Source: Formosa sp. Hel1_33_131
GTDB lineage: Bacteria > Bacteroidota > Bacteroidia > Flavobacteriales > Flavobacteriaceae
Direction of reading: 5' to 3'
Length of the DNA stretch: 32,000 bases
Assembly: GCF_001735745.1 (NCBI RefSeq)
Contig: NZ_CP017260.1
Location: 900,001 to 932,000 of the forward strand
Position numbers and translations under genes: made by a program. A model generated the notes under the pieces. That model saw only the letters and a list, made by a program, of their open reading frames with translations, was not told where the DNA came from and made no database searches. Of this stretch, positions 15,155 to 24,107 are shown one piece after another. Within the stretch, counting starts at the first letter, position 1, and every line of letters starts with the position of its first letter.

Positions 15155-16123
15155 ATGAGCTACCTAGACACCACCCACGACGTTTACAAAGAAGCAGCCC
15201 TCAGCCCTGATATTGGACTTTGCTGTACGACCAATCCTATTTGGGAACTCCCAGGTCTGAAAATTCCTAAAATCATGCAAGAAATGAACTATGGTTGCGG
15301 AAGCACCGTGCATGCGCGTGACCTGACCAATACTCCGAAAATACTATATGTAGGCGTTGGTGGTGGAATGGAATTGCTACAATTCGCTTATTTCAGTCGT
15401 CAAAAAGACGGTGTGATTGGTGTGGATGTGGTGGATGAAATGCTGGAAGCCTCCGATAAAAACTTCGCCGAAGCCGAAGCTCAAAACCCTTGGTTTAACA
15501 AAGAGTTTGTAAGTCTTAAAAAAGGAGATGCGCTCAACTTACCAGTAGAGGACAACAGTATTGATGTGGCAGCACAAAATTGTTTGTTTAATATTTTTAA
15601 AGTCGAAGACCTTAAAAAAGCCATTTCAGAAATGCACCGCATACTAAAACCGCACGGGAAATTAGTAATGAGTGACCCCACTTGTGAGCAACCCATGAAC
15701 GAAACTCTGCGCGAAGACGATCGTCTTAGAGCCTTGTGTTTGAGCGGAAGTATTCCGATTGCTGAATATGTGAAAATGCTCACAGATGCCGGATTTGGTA
15801 CGATTGAAATAAGAGCTCGAAAACCTTACAGAATTTTAGACCCGCTTCACTATAATACGGATGAATTAATTTATATTGAATCCATTGAAGTGGCGGCGAT
15901 TAAAGACCCAATGCCTGCGGACGGCCCTTGTATTTTCACAGGAAAAGCAGCCATATTTTATGGCAAAGAAGACTTTTTTGATGACAAATTAGGGCATGTG
16001 TTAGTGAAAAATCAGCCCTTAGCTATTTGCGATAAAACTGCTAAGGACTTGGCAAACTTAAACCGAAACGACATCTACATTAGCGAGTCCACCTTCCATT
16101 ATGATGGTGGGGGTTGCTGTTAA
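15155..16123 (+). CDS. arsM: SAM-dependent methyltransferase, ArsM-like (arsenite methyltransferase of arsenosugar clusters)
   Basis: SAM-binding motif 'ILYVGVGGGMELL'. Cys pairs 'GLCCTTNP' near the N-terminus and a terminal 'GGGCC*'. The gene abuts the PNP stop codon. Confidence 0.7.
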   Translation: MSYLDTTHDVYKEAALSPDIGLCCTTNPIWELPGLKIPKIMQEMNYGCGSTVHARDLTNTPKILYVGVGGGMELLQFAYFSRQKDGVIGVDVVDEMLEASDKNFAEAEAQNPWFNKEFVSLKKGDALNLPVEDNSIDVAAQNCLFNIFKVEDLKKAISEMHRILKPHGKLVMSDPTCEQPMNETLREDDRLRALCLSGSIPIAEYVKMLTDAGFGTIEIRARKPYRILDPLHYNTDELIYIESIEVAAIKDPMPADGPCIFTGKAAIFYGKEDFFDDKLGHVLVKNQPLAICDKTAKDLANLNRNDIYISESTFHYDGGGCC

Positions 16124-16133
16124 CCTAAAAAAA

Positions 16134-16832
16134 ATGAAACAACTTTTAACCTACGTTTTAATCCTCTGCTTTTGCAGCGCTAGTGCACAGACCCTCGACC
16201 ATTCTAAATGGACCGAAATTCTCCAAGCCTATGTGGCAGAAAATGGAGCTGTCAACTATAAAGGATTGCAAAAAAATCCAGAAACACTGAACGCATACCT
16301 GAACGAATTAACGACAAATGCTCCCAAAGACAACTGGAGCAAGACTGAGAAAATGGCCTATTGGATCAATGCGTATAATGCTTATACGGTTCAACTGATT
16401 CTGAATAATTACCCAACAGAAAGCATTAAAGACATAAGAGATCCATGGGGACAAACATTTTTTGAGATCGGTGGTAAAACGATGTCACTGAATACCATTG
16501 AACATAAAATTTTAAGACCGATGGGCGATTCTCGAATTCATTTCGCTATTGTATGTGCATCTGAATCTTGTCCAAAACTTTTGAATTGTGCTTATGAAGC
16601 CGAATCCCTAACAGATCAATTGGATCAAGCAGCGCGGGAATTTATAAATGACCCTTCAAAAAACAGCATAACAGCATCAAAAATTACAATTTCAAAAATA
16701 TTCAAATGGTTTAAATCTGATTTCCCAAAAGGGGACGCTTTTATAAGCTACCTTAACAAATACAGTACTGCAAACATTTCGCCCGAAGCAAAAATTAACT
16801 TTCAAACGTATAATTGGTCTTTGAATGAATAG
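16134..16832 (+). CDS. Exported DUF547 domain protein
   Basis: 'AYWINAYNAYTVQLIL', 'SLNTIEHKILR' and 'RIHFAIVCASESCPKL' match DUF547. A start at ATG 16134 gives the signal peptide 'MKQLLTYVLILCFCSASAQT'; the track start is 16101. Confidence 0.8.
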   Translation: MKQLLTYVLILCFCSASAQTLDHSKWTEILQAYVAENGAVNYKGLQKNPETLNAYLNELTTNAPKDNWSKTEKMAYWINAYNAYTVQLILNNYPTESIKDIRDPWGQTFFEIGGKTMSLNTIEHKILRPMGDSRIHFAIVCASESCPKLLNCAYEAESLTDQLDQAAREFINDPSKNSITASKITISKIFKWFKSDFPKGDAFISYLNKYSTANISPEAKINFQTYNWSLNE

Positions 16833-17529
16833 CATCAGTATCATTATTCCTGTACTAAACGAAGCTAAAACAATAAAGGCCTTACTGACCTATTTAGTCC
16901 TTAATAGCAGCTCAAAATTAATTTCAGAAATTCTAGTCGTGGATGGAGGTAGTACGGATGGATCTCAGGAAATAGTATCCGAATTTTCAAAAACACAACC
17001 TAAAGTTATTGCATTAAATAGCCCAAAAGGACGTGCAAAACAAATGAATTTAGGAGCCTCTCAATCCAAAGGAACAGTGCTTTATTTTTTACATGCAGAT
17101 TCTGTACCGCCCAAAAACTTTGACCAATATATTTTGGATGCTATAAATCAAGGCTCAAAAACAGGCTGTTTTAAAATGAAGTTTGACAGCAACCATTGGT
17201 GGCTCAAACTGGCAGGATGGTTCACGCAATTTAATTGGAAATCGTGCCGTGGAGGCGATCAAAGTTTGTTTGTTGACAAAAAAGCCTTTGAAAATCTAGG
17301 TGGGTTTAATAAGGATTTTATCATTTATGAAGACAATGATTTGATTTATAAACTATATGAACATTACGGTTTTGAAGTGCTTCCGTATTGGCTGACCACC
17401 TCATCACGGCGCTATCTTTCCAATGGAATCTGGTCGTTACAATTTCATTTTTGGATGATTCATCTAAAAAAATTCTTTGGAGCGACCCCTAGAAAATTAG
17501 AAGCCTATTATTTAAAACATATTCATTAA
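16825..17529 (+). CDS. GT2 glycosyltransferase, TIGR04283-type (arsenosugar cluster-associated)
   Basis: 'ISIIIPVLNEAKTI...LVVDGGSTDGS...LYFLHADS'. The gene overlaps the DUF547 gene by 8 nt. Confidence 0.75.
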   Translation: MNSISIIIPVLNEAKTIKALLTYLVLNSSSKLISEILVVDGGSTDGSQEIVSEFSKTQPKVIALNSPKGRAKQMNLGASQSKGTVLYFLHADSVPPKNFDQYILDAINQGSKTGCFKMKFDSNHWWLKLAGWFTQFNWKSCRGGDQSLFVDKKAFENLGGFNKDFIIYEDNDLIYKLYEHYGFEVLPYWLTTSSRRYLSNGIWSLQFHFWMIHLKKFFGATPRKLEAYYLKHIH

Positions 17530-17598
17530 CTTTATGATTCTAAAACTTTAGGGTTTTATTTCAGTTTTTAAATACTAATCCCCAAAAACTTATTTAGT

Positions 17599-18951
17599 AT
17601 GGAACACATCGCAATTATTGGAAATGGAATTTCAGGAATTACCGCAGCCCGGCATATCCGAAAATTATCCAATAAAAAAATTACCGTCATTTCTTCCGAA
17701 ACGGACTATTTCTTCTCTAGAACTGCCCTTATGTATGTCTATATGGGACACATGAAATTTAAACACACACAGCCTTATGAAAATTGGTTTTGGGATAAAA
17801 ATGACATCACACTCAAAAAAGGATTTGTACAACAAATAGACACGGTTCAAAAAACACTTGTTTTTTCTGATGGTGAACAACTAGCTTTTGATAAACTTAT
17901 CATAGCCACGGGAAGTAAGCCTAATAAATTTGGCTGGCCTGGCCAAGACCTCAAAGGAGTTGTTAGTCTGTACCATAAACAAGACTTAGATGCCATAGAA
18001 ACCCACGCTCCTAACAACACAGTTTGCAAACGCGCCGTTATTGTCGGCGGAGGATTGATCGGGATTGAGTTGGCCGAAATGTTCCATTCGCGACACATTT
18101 CCGTCACCTTTTTAGTAAGAGAAAATAGTTATTGGAGTGGTATTTTGCCGAGTGGCGAAAGTGAAATGATCAATAACGAGATTCGGAAAAATGGAATTGA
18201 CCTTCGACTGGAATCGAATTTAAAACAAATAAATGCAAATGCAGACGGCACTGTAAAGTCGATTGTGATTACAGAAACGGGAGAAGAAATTGACTGCGAT
18301 GTTGTGGGACTGACCGCAGGCGTCTCGCCAAATATTGGATTTTTAGAAAACTCTAACATTGAAACAAATCGCGGTATTTTGGTAAACCGGAATCTTCAGA
18401 CCAATATCAAAGATATTTATGCGATTGGTGATTGTGCAGAACAACGCACCGCTGTTGAAGGCAGAAGACCTATTGAAGCCGTTTGGTACACCGGACGAAT
18501 TATGGGCGAAACGGTCGCTCAAACGATTTGCAAAAAAGAAACTCTTTACACGCCTGGACATTGGTTCAATTCCGCTAAGTTTTTTGATATTGAATATCAA
18601 ACCTATGGTTGGGTGAATAGCGAACAACATAAGAAACCCAATGAAGCGCATTTTCATTGGATGCATCCAGATCAAACAAAATGTTTGACCCTTGCTTTTG
18701 ATAAAACCACACAAGCATTTTTAGGAATTAATACGTTTGGAATTCGAATGCGTCACGAAATTTTTAACCGTTGGTTGGATCAAAATAAAACGATTGATTA
18801 TGTCCTTGAACACTTAGAAATCGCTCATTTTGACCCTGAGTTTTATAAAAATTATTACTCCAAAGTCATCGAAAAATATAACGTCGATACCAACCGAAAC
18901 TTGCAATTGAAAAAGAAAAATTGGTCACAAATATTTACCCTAAAATATTGA
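17599..18951 (+). CDS. NAD(P)/FAD-dependent oxidoreductase (ferredoxin/rubredoxin-reductase-like)
   Basis: Two Rossmann GxGxxG motifs ('IAIIGNGISG', 'AVIVGGGLIGIE') and 'YAIGDCAE'. Confidence 0.8.
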   Translation: MEHIAIIGNGISGITAARHIRKLSNKKITVISSETDYFFSRTALMYVYMGHMKFKHTQPYENWFWDKNDITLKKGFVQQIDTVQKTLVFSDGEQLAFDKLIIATGSKPNKFGWPGQDLKGVVSLYHKQDLDAIETHAPNNTVCKRAVIVGGGLIGIELAEMFHSRHISVTFLVRENSYWSGILPSGESEMINNEIRKNGIDLRLESNLKQINANADGTVKSIVITETGEEIDCDVVGLTAGVSPNIGFLENSNIETNRGILVNRNLQTNIKDIYAIGDCAEQRTAVEGRRPIEAVWYTGRIMGETVAQTICKKETLYTPGHWFNSAKFFDIEYQTYGWVNSEQHKKPNEAHFHWMHPDQTKCLTLAFDKTTQAFLGINTFGIRMRHEIFNRWLDQNKTIDYVLEHLEIAHFDPEFYKNYYSKVIEKYNVDTNRNLQLKKKNWSQIFTLKY

Positions 18952-18952
18952 T

Positions 18953-20533
18953 ATGAAGACAATAAGAACTCTCGGCTTAGGCCTTATACTAGCAGTATTT
19001 ACACTTTTTATGAGCCTGCTATTTATGGGGCAATACAAACTTACGTCTGCTGCTTTTGAAGATTTTATAACTCAAAACAACATCACCAGCAGCGTTTTTA
19101 TAAAAGACTTAAAAAACAGCAGTGTTGATAAAGAATTTTCAACCCCGTTTTATCTTGCCAATTCGATTGCGAATGCGGTAGAATCCGCCAATGCACATCA
19201 CAAAGAAAACAAAGAATGGGGAAAAGTCATTTGGACAAAACCACACAGTTTAGCCTATCAAATGGTGAAATCTTCTGGGACAGGTGTTGTGGTTGAAAAC
19301 AAACTAAAATTTTGGTTTTTAAGTTTTGGACTGGCAATATTGGGCGCACTTTTATTCATGCTGCCTGCTATCAATCTAAAAGGGCCTGCAGGAATTAAAA
19401 ACAATCATATATTTCATAGCAGCGCTACCAACAGAGGTTGGATTGCATGGTTCGTTTTTGCGTTTTTAATTCTATTTTATTTGGTCTTATATTTTAGACC
19501 TAGTTATATGATCAATTGGATTTATCTCGTGGATCCTATCAGTGAATCGCTCAGTGGAAACCCCGCGAGTCAATGGTTTTTATACGGATTTTTATATTGT
19601 GTGATCATGTCAACGATGGCCGTCCGTATGTATATTAAATACCGTCACAATAACTACCAGATTTTAAGAACGACTTCGGTTTTATTTTTTCAAATTGTAT
19701 TTGCCTTTTTAATTCCAGAAATACTCGTGCGCTTTGAAAAACCTTGGTACGATTTTAAAAATGCGTTTCCGTTGGATTATGATTTTTTCTTTCGATGGAA
19801 CTTAAATGAATTGCTCGAAAACGGTGGCTTTGGATTGTTTATTTTGGTCTGGGGTGTTTTATTAACCTTGGTGGTAGTCCCCGTAATGGTTTACTTTTTT
19901 GGGAAACGTTGGTACTGCTCTTGGGTTTGTGGGTGTGGCGGACTCGCAGAAACTTTGGGCGATCCCTACCGACAATTATCTACTAAATCCTTGTTTTCTT
20001 GGAAAGTGGAACGTTGGCTTGTGCATGGCGTACTCGTATTTGCAATGCTCATGACGGGCTTGACTTTATATGGGTATTTCTCAGAAACGTACGAAGTTCT
20101 TGGTCTCAAAGTGCAGACCATACAGGATATCTATGGTTTTTTGATCGGTTCTATATTTGCTGGGGTCATTGGCACCGGGTTTTATCCCATATTCGGAAAT
20201 AGAGTTTGGTGTAGATTTGGCTGTCCATTAGCAGCGTATATGGGAGTGATTCAACGTTTCAAATCACGATTTAGAATCACCACCAATGGCGGTCAGTGTA
20301 TCTCCTGTGGAAATTGTTCTACCTATTGCGAACAAGGCATTGATGTTCGTGCCTATGCACAAAAAGGTGAAAATATTGTGCGTGCAAGTTGTGTGGGTTG
20401 TGGCGTTTGTAGTGCCGTGTGTCCAAGAGGGGTTCTAAAATTAGAGAATGGTCCAGAAGAGGGACGCATTGGAAGCAGTGATGTGTTGCTCGGAAATGAG
20501 ATGAACTTAATGGATCAACTCCACGATAAATAA
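18953..20533 (+). CDS. Polytopic membrane 4Fe-4S protein (NapH/MauN/CcoG-like polyferredoxin)
   Basis: Multiple TM segments. 'RWYCSWVCGCGG' and 'RVWCRFGCPLAAY' are NapH-type CxxxCP-like motifs. 'CISCGNCSTYCEQG' and 'CVGCGVCSAVCPRG' are ferredoxin motifs. Confidence 0.8.
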   Translation: MKTIRTLGLGLILAVFTLFMSLLFMGQYKLTSAAFEDFITQNNITSSVFIKDLKNSSVDKEFSTPFYLANSIANAVESANAHHKENKEWGKVIWTKPHSLAYQMVKSSGTGVVVENKLKFWFLSFGLAILGALLFMLPAINLKGPAGIKNNHIFHSSATNRGWIAWFVFAFLILFYLVLYFRPSYMINWIYLVDPISESLSGNPASQWFLYGFLYCVIMSTMAVRMYIKYRHNNYQILRTTSVLFFQIVFAFLIPEILVRFEKPWYDFKNAFPLDYDFFFRWNLNELLENGGFGLFILVWGVLLTLVVVPVMVYFFGKRWYCSWVCGCGGLAETLGDPYRQLSTKSLFSWKVERWLVHGVLVFAMLMTGLTLYGYFSETYEVLGLKVQTIQDIYGFLIGSIFAGVIGTGFYPIFGNRVWCRFGCPLAAYMGVIQRFKSRFRITTNGGQCISCGNCSTYCEQGIDVRAYAQKGENIVRASCVGCGVCSAVCPRGVLKLENGPEEGRIGSSDVLLGNEMNLMDQLHDK

Positions 20534-20541
20534 GTCCTATT

Positions 20542-21252
20542 TTGAACACACCCAATCGCGATCGCAGTGTTATAAAAGTTATTATTCCTGCTTACAACGA
20601 AGAAGAATCTATTGGACTTGTCATTCAGGACATCCCAGCCTCAGTGCATGAAATCATCGTCGTTAACAACAACTCAACCGATGCCACCGCAAAAAATGCA
20701 GAAGATGCTGGAGCCACTGTTTTATCAGAACCTAAACCAGGTTATGGCAATGCGTGTTTAAAGGGTATAGACTATATAAAACAACAAAAAATAGTTACCG
20801 ATATCGTGGTATTTTTGGATGGAGATTACAGCGATTACCCCGAAGAACTTAGCAAAATTGTGGCTCCTATTATTGATGACCATATTGATTTTGTTCTTGG
20901 AAGCCGTGTAGAGAGATTTCGAGAAAAAGGTGCTATGCAACCTCAGCAAATTTTCGGAAATTGGCTCGCAACGTTTTTAATGCGTTTGTTTTTTAAATCA
21001 AAATTTACAGATCTCGGCCCCTTTAGGGCGATTAAGTTTGATACGTTGTTGCACTTAAAAATGGAAGACCCTACCTATGGATGGACGGTTGAAATGCAAC
21101 TCAAAATATTAAAACAGAAATTTACTTACGAAGAAGTTGCCGTAAAGTACCGAAATAGAATAGGAGTTTCAAAGGTTTCTGGTACGGTAAAAGGTAGTAT
21201 ATTTGCAGGAATTAAGATATTAACTTGGATATTTAAATACAGTTTCAAATAA
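20542..21252 (+). CDS. Small GT2 glycosyltransferase (polyprenyl-phosphate sugar synthase-like)
   Basis: 'VIIPAYNEEESIG', 'VVNNNSTDAT', 'VFLDGDYSD'. The apparent start is TTG. Confidence 0.7.
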   Translation: MNTPNRDRSVIKVIIPAYNEEESIGLVIQDIPASVHEIIVVNNNSTDATAKNAEDAGATVLSEPKPGYGNACLKGIDYIKQQKIVTDIVVFLDGDYSDYPEELSKIVAPIIDDHIDFVLGSRVERFREKGAMQPQQIFGNWLATFLMRLFFKSKFTDLGPFRAIKFDTLLHLKMEDPTYGWTVEMQLKILKQKFTYEEVAVKYRNRIGVSKVSGTVKGSIFAGIKILTWIFKYSFK

Positions 21253-22742
21253 TGCTTTTAGAAATCATCATAATTTGCGTTTATTCTATTGCGCTCATTC
21301 TCATATTTATGTATGCTTTGGCACAATTGAATTTGTTATTCAATTATATAAAGGCTCAAAAAAACACAGAGAACAGCCTCGAATTTAATTTCTCAAACGC
21401 TGATGAGATTCCTTATGTGACCATACAACTTCCCGTATTTAACGAGATTTATGTGATGGATCGCTTGTTAAAAAATATTGTCCTTATTGACTATCCAAAG
21501 GATAAATTAGAAATTCAGGTACTTGATGATTCCAACGACGAATCAGTGGAATCTACCGCTATTTTAATCAAAGCCTTGCAGAAGGAAGGGTTTGATATTC
21601 AACACATTCAAAGAACAAATCGTGAAGGGTTTAAAGCCGGAGCGCTCAAAGAAGGTTTGGTCAATGCGAAGGGAGAATACATCGCCATATTTGATGCTGA
21701 CTTTTTACCGCAAACGGATTGGTTGAAACGTACGATTCCATTTTTTAAGGATGAAGCCGTTGGCGTGGTGCAAACACGTTGGGGTCATATCAATCGTAAT
21801 TACTCTGTACTCACTAGAATACAGGCCTTTGCTTTAGATGCTCATTTTACGCTAGAACAAGTAGGGCGAAACTCAAAAGGGCACTTCATCAACTTTAATG
21901 GAACGGCTGGCGTTTGGCGTAAAACCTGTATTATTGATGCAGGAAATTGGGAAGGTGACACCTTGACTGAAGATCTTGATTTGAGTTACAGAGCACAGCT
22001 TAAAGACTGGAAATTCAAATATTTAGAGGACGTTGAAACACCTGCAGAATTACCTGTAGCTATCAGTGCTGCAAGGTCTCAACAGTTTAGATGGAACAAA
22101 GGTGGTGCAGAGAATTTTCAAAAAATGATGTGGCGCGTTTTAAAAAGTAAAAACATTTCTGCCAAAACAAAACTACACAGCTTGCTTCATTTATTGAATA
22201 GCACCATGTTTTTGAACATCTTAATCGTGGGTATTCTGAGCATTCCGATGCTGTATATAAAGAATGAATATACGCATCTGAAAATGTATTTTTATGTGAT
22301 GAGCTTTTTTGTTGTTAGCACACTTATCTTCTTTATTTGCTATTGGTTTATGTACAAGAAATCACATGGTTCGAGTCTGAAAAGTTTCGTGCAGTATGTC
22401 GTTTTATTCTTTACATTTTTTTCTATAGCCATGGGCTTTTCATTACACAATTCGATTGCTGTTTTAGAAGGTCATTTTGGCAAACGCAGTGATTTTGTTC
22501 GTACCCCAAAATTTAATATTAATGCCCTTACTGATACTTGGAAAACCAATAAATATCTGAAAAAAAATATTTCAGCAAATGTCATATTTGAAGGGATATT
22601 GATGCTGTATTTTGGCTTCGGAATGTACAGTGCATTTATCGTAGGCGATCAAGGTGGCGATTTTGGATTGTTTCCTTTTCATCTGATGCTGTTCCTAGGA
22701 TTTGGATTTGTGTTTTTCAAATCAATATCGTCTAAAGTTTAA
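21252..22742 (+). CDS. Membrane-embedded processive-type GT2 glycosyltransferase (cellulose-synthase-like fold)
   Basis: 'VLDDSNDES', 'FDADF', 'TEDLDLS', the Q(Q/R)xRW motif 'SQQFRWNKG', and flanking TM helices. The start overlaps the upstream stop by 1 nt (TAATG). Confidence 0.8.
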   Translation: MLLEIIIICVYSIALILIFMYALAQLNLLFNYIKAQKNTENSLEFNFSNADEIPYVTIQLPVFNEIYVMDRLLKNIVLIDYPKDKLEIQVLDDSNDESVESTAILIKALQKEGFDIQHIQRTNREGFKAGALKEGLVNAKGEYIAIFDADFLPQTDWLKRTIPFFKDEAVGVVQTRWGHINRNYSVLTRIQAFALDAHFTLEQVGRNSKGHFINFNGTAGVWRKTCIIDAGNWEGDTLTEDLDLSYRAQLKDWKFKYLEDVETPAELPVAISAARSQQFRWNKGGAENFQKMMWRVLKSKNISAKTKLHSLLHLLNSTMFLNILIVGILSIPMLYIKNEYTHLKMYFYVMSFFVVSTLIFFICYWFMYKKSHGSSLKSFVQYVVLFFTFFSIAMGFSLHNSIAVLEGHFGKRSDFVRTPKFNINALTDTWKTNKYLKKNISANVIFEGILMLYFGFGMYSAFIVGDQGGDFGLFPFHLMLFLGFGFVFFKSISSKV

Positions 22743-22760
22743 CCACTTACCCCCTGACTT

Positions 22761-24107
22761 GTGGAATTCAATAGGTCAATCTTAAATTCAAAAAATACCT
22801 TATTAATTTGGGGTGGTCTTAGCATGGTTTTATATGCACTATGGGCTTACGATTTGGCACGTTTTGAACATTTCAAACTCCTTACCGTATTCAGCGTTCT
22901 TTTTGGTTGTTATTATTTGATCTTAAAACAACTCAAAATAAAAGAGCAGCAGTTAACCTATTTAGCAATTGGTTTGCGATTGGTTTTTTTGTTGGCGATT
23001 CCAAATTTGTCTCAGGATTTCTATCGGTTTATATGGGACGGACGTCTCATCTTGTCAGGGCTCAACCCCTACTTGACAACTCCTAATGATTTAATAATTT
23101 CCGACCCCAATTTATTTCCACAAATGAAAACGCTTTTTGACGGCATGGGGGCGTTAAGCGCAGGGCATTATTCCAATTACCCACCCATACACCAACTTCC
23201 GTTTATAATCGCTGCCATCCTCTCTAAACACAGTATTTTGGGTTCGGTTGTGGTGTTGCGATTACTGTTAATTGGTGCAGATTTAGGCATCCTCTTTTAT
23301 GGTAAAAAATTGTTGAGAAAATTAAAACTGCCTACAAGAAATATATACTGGTTTATACTCAACCCTTTGGTGATTATTGAACTGACGGGCAACCTTCATT
23401 TTGAAGGTCTTATGTTGTTCTTTTTTGTCATGGCGTTGTATTATGTACATACCAAAAAATGGCATTTGGCCGCCCTTACAATGGCATTGTCTATTGCTGT
23501 GAAATTAGTGCCCATATTAAGTCTCCCCTTATTTTTAAATAAATTAGGTTGGAAAAAAAGTGTTCGATTTTATCTAAGTATTGGAGGGGTGTTCCTACTG
23601 CTTTTCTTGCCCTTTTTCAGGGATGATTTCATTGAAAATTACAGCGCCACTATTGGTCTTTGGTTTTCTAAGTTTGAGTTTAATGCGAGTTTTTATTACC
23701 TTTTAGATTGGGGATTAAAAACAACTTCAAATGTGGAATTGATTCATAGTATGAGTATTGTGGTGGTGAGTGTTCTTGGGTTACAAATAAGCTACCAATT
23801 GATTCAAAATAAAACAAAGACAACGGCACTTATTCTCACCATTCTATGGGTGCTTAGTGGGTATTATTTCGTGTCCACAACCGTGCATCCTTGGTACATT
23901 ATAAGCTTGTTGTTGCTCTCCATTTTTACGAACTATAAGTTTGCATGCGTATGGAGCTACACCTTGATTTTTAGCTATTTTGCGTACAAACAATTGAGCG
24001 TCGATGAAAATGGGTTGATTCTATGTTTAGAATACCTCCCCGTAATGGGTGTTTTGGTATGGGAATTATGGAATCAAAGAGTGCTTAGAAAATTAAAGCA
24101 TCATTAA
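22761..24107 (+). CDS. Polytopic membrane protein, GT-C-like (PIG-M/DUF2029-like glycosyltransferase)
   Basis: At least 10 hydrophobic segments. The first loop, 'DFYRFIWDGRLILSGLNPY', resembles GT-C mannosyltransferase loop motifs. GTG start. Confidence 0.55.
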   Translation: MEFNRSILNSKNTLLIWGGLSMVLYALWAYDLARFEHFKLLTVFSVLFGCYYLILKQLKIKEQQLTYLAIGLRLVFLLAIPNLSQDFYRFIWDGRLILSGLNPYLTTPNDLIISDPNLFPQMKTLFDGMGALSAGHYSNYPPIHQLPFIIAAILSKHSILGSVVVLRLLLIGADLGILFYGKKLLRKLKLPTRNIYWFILNPLVIIELTGNLHFEGLMLFFFVMALYYVHTKKWHLAALTMALSIAVKLVPILSLPLFLNKLGWKKSVRFYLSIGGVFLLLFLPFFRDDFIENYSATIGLWFSKFEFNASFYYLLDWGLKTTSNVELIHSMSIVVVSVLGLQISYQLIQNKTKTTALILTILWVLSGYYFVSTTVHPWYIISLLLLSIFTNYKFACVWSYTLIFSYFAYKQLSVDENGLILCLEYLPVMGVLVWELWNQRVLRKLKHH

